A stretch of DNA of 59,477 bases from Catajapyx aquilonaris (taxonomy: Eukaryota): the NCBI GenBank assembly GCA_000934665.2, contig JYFJ02003993.1, positions 1 through 59,477 of the forward strand, in the 5' to 3' direction. The notes beneath the pieces are model-generated. The model was not told where the DNA came from. It saw nothing but the letters and a program-made list of their open reading frames with translations, and searched no databases. A program made the translations under genes and the position numbers. This document shows positions 12,901 through 23,528 of this stretch, piece after piece (position 1 is the stretch's first letter; each line of letters starts with the position of its first letter).

Positions 12901-14266
12901 GGGTATTATGATGGGTGTATATCTGTATGGAAAAGGAAGCGGTTGTGTCCTATTTGATTTATCCCGGAATTCACCTGATCATAGACCGGGAAAGCCATAA
13001 ACAACTAGCTCACACTATAGGGCTAGTATCCGTGACCTCCAGGTGGAAGTCTGACGACAGGGCTTCGCATATTAAAGGCCTCGGCAATGTATTTCACAAT
13101 CGTGTATAGCAGGCAATAATTTTGTAAAGTGATATGGATTATAGGCCAACAAGGAGGCACCTTACTACATGTAATGATATTTTACAGGCCCATAATATGG
13201 CACAACACTGACCATCACAATTTTATTCGGGAAACTAAACATATAACTGTGGATACTTGTCAATAACAACTTTGAAGTTCATTATTTTTAAAGTCTGAAA
13301 GTGTTCAAAATATTGTCGATAACGTCAACGTCCCCCCCTGAATGACATAATGGAATTTTCGACCAGGGGAAAAAATATGTTTGGATCGTAACATTTTAAG
13401 AGACCTTTGGATGGTCAGGGTCGCTGAATCATTCTCGTAACAAGGTTTCACCAACGATCGTGTGTAAATATTAATGGCCTGGAAAATGGCCATATAGTTA
13501 CAGAGGAATCACAACTGGTCCATTGTGTTGAAAGGTTATAATACCTACGTGAGCATCTTTCAACCAGCATTAAATACTAGGAAGTGCAGCATTGCTGCTG
13601 ACGCATAATAAGCATCCTTTACAAAAATTAAATTATTGCAGCTCACGACCGTTAGAATGCATATGAATTCGAACTATAACCCACCGTATATGAAAGGCTC
13701 TCACGAAAATACATCCTCTCCAGGGTATCACATTTTCTTCATTATCAACTTATTTGCACATTCTTATTGGCGCTGGATATATGATATATAGGTCTACTCT
13801 TGAGTGAGGTATCAGTTTGTACTGTACTCAGGCGTGAGAATAGCCAGGGCTACTCATATAACATTCTCAGCTGGCATAAGTTCATTATCGTTATGCATTA
13901 TGATCAAATTTAGTCAAAACATGTTCACATTAGGCTTTTCAAAAATGCACCTTGTTGTGATTCAACAAATAAGACCAAGACATTCTTTCTCATATGTACG
14001 AGTAGTAGCACCAATGTCCAATCAACAGCCTTGTTTCCTTGCCTTAGCTGATACACAATAGCTAGGCATTCTTGGCGTGAGCCCAGTGATAATGGCGAAT
14101 CCTTCACGATCCGGACATATCACCAAAGTGGTGGTCCAAGTATGCTTGGAGCGTGAATGCAAATGATTAAAAAAAACAACCGAGTTATTCTACATCTTGC
14201 CTTCACTATTTTCGGCATATACATATGGTGTTCCTAAAGATATTCCAAAGGGGTATGGGGTCCCTA

Positions 14267-14267
14267 C

Positions 14268-14342
<75 letters not shown>

Positions 14343-14817
14343 TAATAATAATAATAATAATAATAATGTTTATTTGATCCTCCCCCTGCAAACAATGTTC
14401 AGGGCGGGGGGGGGGGGGGGACCCCCCTTNGGACTCACCTTACTATAATACATGGTCTAATTCACAGGAGTTACAACTGACGTACTGTGTGCCGGGAGAG
14501 ACAGAGTGTTATGTCACAAAATTGCAACTTCTCTGTTGCTGCCATGAAAAAATTGTACAGGCTGAATAAATCTTCTTTACATAAATGTTGGAAAAGCAAT
14601 ACCACTGAATACGGGGGGAACCCAACCAAAAATTTGTCTCTATACTCAGAAAAGAAACAACATTCATACAGGAAATGGAAAAGGTCAAAAGCGTCTGAAC
14701 TATTACATAAAGTGCAGCAATTATCTTTATCCAATCGGAATATATAGCCTTTTAGCCAATAAGATGTTTAGTTATTCCTCAGATTAACCGCCAACCTCGT
14801 GACGGGAAGAGGGACCT
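14267..14817 (-). mobile_element. 5'-truncated non-LTR retrotransposon 3' end with (TTA)n tail and TSD
   Basis: TSD GGTATGGGGTCCCTA at 14252-14266 and 14818-14832. The minus strand encodes CTLCNSSDAFDLFHFLYEC, a CxxC...HxxxxC knuckle typical of the LINE ORF2 C-terminus. A ~100-nt (TTA)n tail lies at about 14269-14367. Confidence 0.85.
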
Positions 14818-15415
14818 GGTATGGGGTCCCTATATACTTGATTTCGCTGATTTCAACTTCATTGCGGAGATCAACGCTATCTGCAGAAGGATGATTAATC
14901 CCACAGCTGACTATGTCATACGAGCAGCTGCATGGTCATTTTCACGCCTGAGTATAGTGAACCTGATATACCTCAATCCAGAGTATTCTAATCCAGATAA
15001 CGTTGCGAAAGAAAAAAAAAAATTAGAAAAAGTGCAACGTCCGAGACGAAGTATATCCATATACCATAAGGTAGTACACGTGTACACCCTATATTTTGGT
15101 GGGATCCTCGTGTTCAGTCTTATAAGCCAGCTTCTGCCCACAGCCTTATCTTAATGCTACTCTTTCCCAAAACACAGACGCGACAACGTAAGACGGTAAG
15201 AAGCTTAGGAAGACGCATAGTCGTCATGTCGTGCGTATAATTTCCGAGATATTTTGTGCCAAATGCATGGCATGAGCATGACAACTCTGCGTCTTTGAGA
15301 GCCTCTTATCGCCCTCAGATACACGGTCCGCTAGGATGAAAGTGAGCCATTCAACAGTACGCAAACATGATGACTCCAGTTCACAGTTTTTTTTTTTTTA
15401 ATATACAAAAATTAG

Positions 15416-15764
15416 GGGAAGGTGAGGTGGCCGAGATGGTAACGTCTCGGGTTGCTGAGTGACAGGTCCCAGGTTCGATCTCCACCTGGGAGTTCCCTTT
15501 CATCTGCGTCGGGAGGGTCTCTGACCCGCGCCTGGGAGGTGTCTGGCAACCTAGCCTCCTGGGGAACAGCACATGACCCCTTTACAGACATTGCACTTGC
15601 ACCCATGTTCCCGCCCCAAAAATCCCCACCCTTACGCCTTACCCTATATCCCTGCACGGTGAATGAAGATAAACCCACATAAAATTGAGTGGTGGTGTTC
15701 CACCCCCCTAAAAGGGCCTAAGGTCCTATCACGCGGTAACTTAAATAAATAAAATCTAAAAATT
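15416..15764 (+). mobile_element. tRNA-derived SINE, family A, full length with TSD
   Basis: A box TGGCCGAGATGG, B box GGTTCGATCTC, A-rich tail, and 15-bp TSD ATATACAAAAATTAG at 15401-15415 and 15765-15779. Confidence 0.93.
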
Positions 15765-16738
15765 ATATACAAAAATTAGCTTGTAACTTTTCACCAAACT
15801 TGTGGTTACTATAGTGTCAACTCGAAATGTATAAGAGGTAGGAAAAGTGTAAACTTGTGGTTATTCAGCCCAGTGTTTCAATTAGGGAACCATACAAAGG
15901 GGAAAGGTGCAATGCCACAAATTCCGCCCAGCCCCCTGCATAATTCCCACACTTGCGGCGCATTTCCCGCATGATAGGCATATCTAGGACGCCTATAAGT
16001 GCATTTCACCTCAAAGCGACGCCTTTATAGGCTCCTGCGGGGTCCGTGTATAAAATGTCGGTTTGGGAACCTGTTGAGCTCGCACCAAATGGCTTAAACT
16101 TTTACATATCGCCATCATGGCAGACATGAAAGGCCACGGGAGATGGCTCGCCACTTTCCCTTCACTCGTGGCTCAATACAATGAAGCTGTCTAGGGTCCA
16201 TATACTGCTGAATAGTCCCATGAAATGAAGAAGCGACACTGCCAAGAGCACGAGAAGGTTCCCGCCAATAAAAAAAGAAGAGATGGGGGGAAGGAGGCAT
16301 CTTGTATGATGGTGGGGGTGGTTTCTCGAATGGGAAGAGTCACGATGGCGGCTGTCCAACCGTGACCCACATCAAGAGATTCCGAGTTGCTTCCTTTCGA
16401 GAGTTTATTGGCCTTGAAATTGCGTTCGCATTTCGCGTTTCCTCCTTCGCTATTCTCTATATTATTCAGGATTTCGGGGGCCTGTGTCTTTTATCCGCAT
16501 TTTATTGGCGAGGGCTTACCGTGTGAGAAGGATGTCAAGTGCAGTAAGCTACTTATGTAGTACAGGTACCTTCAAAATTAGAATGCTGAACGCGACTGTA
16601 AATAACAAATGCTTGCTTGTAAAATCATATGTTGAAGATATAATATTAGCTTACGATAACTGCATTGAAACTGAGTCGTTACAACCGGGCATATGGGAAA
16701 ATAACAGAATAGTTATACACACGATGGTCTGCCCAGTA

Positions 16739-17010
16739 ATATATAATAATAATAATGGATACCCCGTGATAGGCCCCTTGGGCCTCTTAGGGGATCATCT
16801 TTTGAATTACCGACTTTAATCATTTGCCTGAAATGTGATGGATTTTGATAGTGGGAGGAAACGGGAGAACCCCGAGAAAACCCACGCGAACACGGAGAGA
16901 ACCCATCGAAACTCTATCCACATAAGTATCCTCCGTCCGACCCGGGGATCGAACTCGGGACCTTAGAGGTGGAAGGCTGCGGCGCTAACCACTCCGCCAC
17001 CGTGTCGCCC
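16739..17010 (-). mobile_element. tRNA-derived SINE, family B, with V-domain-like core, full length with TSD
   Basis: A box TGGCGGAGTGG, B box AGTTCGATCC, core GTTCTCTCCGTGTTCGCGTGGGTTTTCTCGGGTTCTCCCGTTTCCTCCCAC, (ATT)n tail, and 14-bp TSD TGGTCTGCCCAGTA at 16725-16738 and 17011-17024. Confidence 0.92.
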
Positions 17011-17288
17011 TGGTCTGCCCAGTATTTAGAGCCAGGAGGCGGTACGACTTTAGAAAACACGTGATTGAAATTAGTCAGCCAGTAGTTTCATTACAAATTG
17101 TACTGACCTGTCAATGTCATGTGCTGCTGAAGTCACACATGCGTTCAATAGCCCCCAAAAGCCAAGCAAGCGCGACAAGAGGCTAGCAAGTGGATATATA
17201 TTTAATATAAAAAGAGACGTTTATTAGAAATTTATGGTAGGTGCATCCAGCATCAAACTCAGGAACCACGTGCACGTGCGGAATCAGT

Positions 17289-17344
17289 ATATCCTCCTGA
17301 GACCTGATGTCCAATATATTGGACATCAGGTCTCGGGAGGATAT
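17289..17344. repeat. 56-bp loop-less palindrome with one mismatch
   Basis: atatcctcctgagacctgatgtccaata|tattggacatcaggtctcgggaggatat. Confidence 0.9.
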
Positions 17345-18086
17345 GGCTAGTTTAAAATGCAATTTCTCAATAAATTTGTACTTCCTGTGACACGCCACCA
17401 ATTCGTTAGCTGATCTGACCACTCACTGCTTCAATCTGAATGCAATAATTGTGTTATGTCACTTGTCAGGGCCTGGGTCGTATATTTCGAACTTGCAGAT
17501 TCAATGATGGGACACGGTAAGTGTCCCAATATCGGGATTTCCGATCTCCGACACATACGGAAAAGCCGTACAAGTAGGTTAGTAGTTAAATCCCCTTTCT
17601 CGCCGGGTTTTTCAGCCTTCCTAAGTGGACTAAGGTCGGCTCGGTTGTAACTTGTGAAAGCTTCAAGGTTGAGCGCCTTTAAAACCCTCACATGGTCCTT
17701 ACATTACTAGGGGTAATTTGGGTAGGGAGAGAGTTCAGTTGTAATCACGGATAAAACCTGCGTTTTTGCTTAACCTCCAATGAACTTGGAGAAACGGAAA
17801 CGCTATGTCTCTTTCTCCCTGGCTGGTGAATTGAAGGTGAGAATTGCTTCATGCTCCTTCGGGCATATGGAGCAGAAAGCAAGGTGAAGGTGCAAGTTTT
17901 AGGCTCTGCTCAACAGCTCCCGGAAACATTCTATAAACTTCCACATGTCATTGTAGTTGAAATCACCAATAATACTATGTTGATCAGAGAAAGCAGTCTT
18001 GGAAAATTTAATCTCTATAATTTATTTATGGAAATATGCGTCGATGTAATTACGAAAATACTAATTGCAAAAGTCACATTGTACTA

Positions 18087-18264
18087 CAGTAAAACCCCGC
18101 TAAGTTGGACACTCACGGTTCCACAAAAAATGTCCAACATAGAGGGGTGTCCAACTTAGAGAGATATAGTTAACATTGATAGGCTTTTCCACGGTTCAGA
18201 ACAAAATGTCCAACATAGAGAGGTGTCCAATATATAGGGGTGTCCAACAGCAGGGGTTTTACTG
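18087..18264. mobile_element. Small Tc1/pogo-type MITE
   Basis: TA|CAGTAAAACCCC...GGGGTTTTACTG|TA with a repeated internal TGTCCAAC motif. Confidence 0.85.
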
Positions 18265-18863
18265 TATTACAATAAAACGAAAACATGGCCTCAATTTTTT
18301 TATGATGTTAAAATCAGAAATTTTCCATAAAACCTTCCTTGTCACTTCCCACATATCGACACGTCACAATTGATTTCTTAATCGCAGAACCTTAAATCAA
18401 AATTAGTCTAGAAATTTCGACAAGTCTGCAGTCCTTCGGAAGGCCTGGTTCACCCTGAGTAACAGCACCTGAGTTGCGCAAATAAAAAGCACCAAATTCG
18501 CATATGGGGTGTATGCAAATTGAATTGAGTCCGCGGGCTGAAGGTCGACAATATACATAGCGCACACTTCCTTTCCTTCGACTGAAAAGCCGGCCTGATA
18601 GTACTATAACTAGTAATCTTTAGTATGGTATCCCCCTCTCCCTTCAACCTTGGCCCAACATTCCCCGTACCCCCCCCCCCCNCCCCCCCACAACACACAT
18701 CAAACCGCTTACAAGACACATGGAGATATCAGTTACATTACACACGCACACTCCCACAAAAATCCATTCTGTTCATGAAAATTTGAGATTCTAAAAAATA
18801 CATTTGACTTGCGAAAAACTGCAGGATTGAGATTACCCTTGGCAATGATTCAGACGACCTTGT

Positions 18864-18966
18864 GTGGAATTTTTGTCCCACTGCTAGTTACTGCTAACTT
18901 AGCAGTACCATTGCCAACACTGATACTGCTTGCTAGCAGTAACTAGCAGCGAGACAAAAATTCCAC
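18864..18966. repeat. Short imperfect hairpin element
   Basis: gtggaatttttgtcccactgctagttactgcta ... tagcagtaactagcagcgagacaaaaattccac. Confidence 0.8.
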
Positions 18967-21900
18967 CCCTTGTTCCCACCGTTTACATAAAATATCCGTG
19001 ACTAATGAGGGATATTACTTCTCTCAAATTGGAGTCGCCCATTAATTCGCGGACAACTCTGCATGGTTGACATAACTTTCTTCGCTCAACAGCAATAAAA
19101 AAAAAATCCCCGCATAATTACACGTCTGGAGGATTTAGAATCAGTGACAAAAAGTCGAAGGTCTCCACTGAGTCGGAGATATCGATCAAGCCTTTTAACC
19201 CCCAGTGCCAGGAAAACTTGGCGGAAATGATCTTCAGCACTCAGGAAATTGTGCCACGCTTTTTATCCCCAGATTGGCTTTCAATTTGCGCCCTTTATTT
19301 ATTTATTTTTAAAGTCGCAGTGTTTCTTAGCCACGTTGTTAGGCGACAGTATTTTTGGCCACAACAGCCGGCAGTGTCCAGCACAAAATCGATTCCCTTA
19401 CATCAATTCGTAGGATTTTTTTTTTAAATGACGACTATTCTTAGCATTCGTAATTCTGGCAAAAATTCAGTTATTTGTAATAGGCTTATAGTATTAAAAT
19501 ATCCAGACTTAATTTCCCCATTGCCTATTTCCTCCCACGTGCGATTCCCAGTCAGTTCCGCTACAGTCTATGCATGAATGCCCTTTTCCTTCGGAACACA
19601 GTTACTTCCACTTCCCACCTCCATTTGCCTCCAAAATGAAGACCGTTCCTCCTGGGACATAAATAAAAGAATGTTTTTCCGAAAAGCCAGGATTTGATAT
19701 CCCCATACCATGTCATTCATTATTATCCACGTCACGAAAGGATCATGTTCCCGACCACGCACACCCCGTCATATGCTATTGCTCAACGAAACGTAGGCAG
19801 CAGCAGGTAGTACACGGATCATGCGTTTCAATGTCTATTTCTGATCCGACAATTTTTTTGGGCCCGTATAATCAAGCATGGTGGTATGGACGGTTGTTTT
19901 TTTGGCTCCTGGTTTTATATAACAGGAGTGTGAGAGGCAACAGACAAGATATAGCAAGTGGAGAGGAGTGAAGGTCAGCGTTAGGCACGCATGTGATAGT
20001 CCTACCACACGCACCCATTGCTATCGCGCTATTCCCACTCTCGATTTAGAACTGGTAGCCTACTTGACAAAATGTGAACCAACTTCCTCTCCCATATGTG
20101 ATAACATCATTTTTATCGCTCTCTTCTCAGGAACTCGATAACTATACAGTTTGCCTTATTTTTTTGAACCGGCTTTTATATGCAGGATGACTGAAAATGG
20201 TTCGACTCCAGGCGATGTCTATCATTTCAAGGACGTGGAGTGCAACTTTCAAGTGCTTCTTGAACAGCTATAGGCTAATATCAGGCTGAAGTACAGGCAC
20301 ACCCAGATATGATCGACCATTCGTAGCAACAAAATTTTTTAATATTACGCGTAATTTAATGGTGTATACATCCATATGCTCTAACGAATTGAAACAAATT
20401 ATATAAGTCTGGACAGAAAATTCATAACCGGACATAGTCAACTCACCATGGCCAAGTTAGCCCACCATGCGAAAGTCACCTCAAATGCACAAAAAAAAGG
20501 ACCGGATGAGTTGATTTACAATAGATGGCACAAGTTGGGTCAGATTGGGACGAGCTGAGCGTGACTGCGGCTGCCACCAAAAATGGGCCAAGAAGATTGC
20601 AAGCACTGATTGCTGAGGTTGTTAACTCCGGCCAACGAAGGAGGAGACATTAATTACCACCCCGGCTCTACTCTCCCATGCACTCGCACAGGATCCCCCT
20701 ATCCAGACCATAATACACTGCAGATGGTAGAAATTTCTTCGCCCACAGTATAACCTTCGCAAAAATTCCGCCGTGCATTCGTCAGCCTCTCGGACATTGA
20801 CTAAAGATGATGCGCTGAGACACTGACACATTCATCGGTCAAGACTCGTGTGACCGGTCGACTACATGCAAACCACATGCCAGTGATTGCTCCAAGCCCA
20901 CAAATAGCATGCATTCCGGTTCCTTCAGAATGAGCCTTGTGAAGTGAAAGTGCAGGACTCAACATGAATTCCTTTAAAACGTTATGTATGATGGGGAGAT
21001 AATTTTGAATTATTAAAAGAGCAGTAACCACCCTGAAAATGCGTGGATGGCCTCTCATTTTTTGATTCAGTATGATGCATTTCCTCTTGCTGCCCTTATC
21101 TCACCATAAGGTGAATAACAAATGCGACGAATTCGGAGGGACCCGGTCTCATCAATAATGCAATGACATAGATAGGAGTAATGGATCTTCCACATTAACA
21201 AAAGACCCGATCAGGTCCAAAATGAGCCAATTAATTTTTTTGTCTAGCTAAATTTGCAATCCCAAGTTGCACATCCTTCCGGCCAGAAAAGCGCCACAGG
21301 TAGCTGGCTTTTGAGGCCAAGCATTTTTGCAAATCCCAGCAGCACTCTTGTTACCTGGACGCTTGTCTGGTGCCCCCTCCGTCCTTGCTCGGACTACTAA
21401 CCCAACAGCCATAAACTAATTTCAAGGTTAGTTCGCGCAGAATCCACCTGCATTTCATGTTTTTAAAGCGCCCGCTACGCTAACGGTCACCCACAGGTGC
21501 ATCAACCAATACCACAAAGCGCAAAAGACGACTGGACGACACCAGATGCATCGGATAATTGCAGACCACCTTTCGGCGTGCAACTTTTCAAAAGGGGGTT
21601 ACGTATATCATCCCAACCCGGAAGTTGCGTATATAGGGGTAGGGGGGATGGAGTAAAAAGAGCATTAGAGGCGTGTTGCACAAAAGCCGGCATCACGACG
21701 CGACGTCTGCTGTTTGCTCATCTAAGTTGGGGGGCTCACTGGGGATTTCCTTATTGGACTTGCGATTCCGGTCTATCGGTTGGGTATGGGACAGGTTTGA
21801 CGCACCTCAAGAGCAAGATCCTAAGTTATCCGACATATTGCTTATGTATTATTCCGGACATTCCTATGGCAGAGTGTACGCGATAATGCCGACATATCAA

Positions 21901-23247
21901 TATATACGTCCGATTGCATAATGGTAGCCTTTTATTCTGATAGGCATCTTGTAATCACATCGGGGATTACTCGAGTCTGAAGTAGAGAAAATACGCGCGT
22001 CCTTTTACTATAAGGGAAGAGGATTCGGAAGTGCGTCAGTGTGTAGGAGGCAACCTTTGCACTTATACAGTATGTCATTCTGTCTGAACTCGTAGCCGTT
22101 ATCTCTTCCTTCCAGCGTCGGTTCTCGTTGACAGCAAGAGTGTCGCGTCGATTGAAAAAAAAAAAATATGTGATTTTAGGCCCTGATGTTCCGCAAGGGA
22201 CCAGGCTCCAAATTGGCACACCCACGTAAGCCCACTTGTTTGCCTGTGGTTTCCTTCTTCAGACACCCACACCCACGCTGCCTGTCCGCACCCACGTAAG
22301 CAGTGTTGACCCACCAACAAGCCCGCCATAAGCAATATGCAATTGTTCAGTTCAACCTGTCTTTACGGCCAATAGTAAATAGCTCGTGATGGTAGTACTT
22401 TTGGAGAGGCCAAGTCGTACTGCAGCTGGAGCTTCTGGGTGTCATTGTCCTATCATTCAACAGGTTGTGGAAAAGGGTGAAATATTTGACGAGTTAATTA
22501 TTTATTTTCTCTTTTTGCATACACAAAAGTGCCGTGGTAATTTAATACATCATTATCATCACCACCGCAGGAGGCTCCAGTAAAAATATATAATTTTGAT
22601 TTTATTTTATAGCAATGTAATATAACATACGAATGATGCGATTTTTAGAGTCGCAGCTTGTTCACTAAAATTGATACGAGTAATATTTGCGTAATATCGG
22701 AAGTGAGAGCACAAAAACGAGTTTGAAATTTTCAGCTAATATCATTAGGAACAATTTCGACTAAAACTTGCGACTGTCCTATAGGCAAAAACCATTCTGG
22801 AAGGGATCCTCTTAGGTTGGTATACTCCTTTGTCATCCCCACTGAGGTTCCATCATCTGGTGCAACCTGATGGTGTTGGGTTTACTACACCGCCACATAT
22901 CACCAGTGCAATTATACATGTGGTACAGTAACAGCAATAAAATGCACCTGTTACATGTATTTTATTTCGCATTTATATAATACTGTAGTAATATATTATT
23001 ATACACCCTATACTTTGTAGCAACGGAAAATGTGGCTGGAACAGGTAGATGACTTTTTTTCAGCTTGTAGTTGTACTGCACATGTAGTAGCTGTAATAGC
23101 TGCTGCGATATGCCAAATATGCATCATACCTTTATTGATGGAATAACTGCAAAAATACGTTCGTGCCAGAACTTCCAGGAGCACTGCATGTCGGATTTCC
23201 ACTCAATCACGGTCATATAAGTAAGGTCTGGTCACTCCCACCCACCC

Positions 23248-23528
23248 CCTGCCGGGGCGTTTTGCAGCGGGCGCTCACCTGAGAGCGCCAGGAGTCATTT
23301 CGGGGGCCAAGACATAGTGCGACCCTACCGGACTAAGGCTGAACTTTATAGGTACGAAAGGGGAGGGGCTACATTGGGGGGCCCAACATGGCCGCCGGCG
23401 GCCATGTTGGGCCCCCTTCGTATCTATAAAGTTCAGCCTTAGTCCGGTAGGGTCGCCACTACGTCGTGGCCCCCGAAATTACTCCTAGCGCTCTCAGGTG
23501 AGCGCCCGCTGCAGAACGCCCCGGCAGG
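23248..23528. repeat. GC-rich loop-less fold-back element of about 280 bp (MITE-like)
   Basis: cctgccggggcgttttgcagcgggcgctcacctgagagcgc ... gcgctctcaggtgagcgcccgctgcagaacgccccggcagg, with a perfect central palindrome gggggcccaacatggccgccggcggccatgttgggccccc. Confidence 0.9.

Noticed and set aside
14891..15154. LINE-like peptide (..KLEKVQR..)
   Set aside because: Too short and degenerate to call.
15416..15490. tRNA genes at the SINE heads (also about 16935-17010, 58810-58882 and 730-802)
   Set aside because: They have A/B boxes but continue into repeated bodies with tails and TSDs, so they are SINEs rather than tRNA genes.
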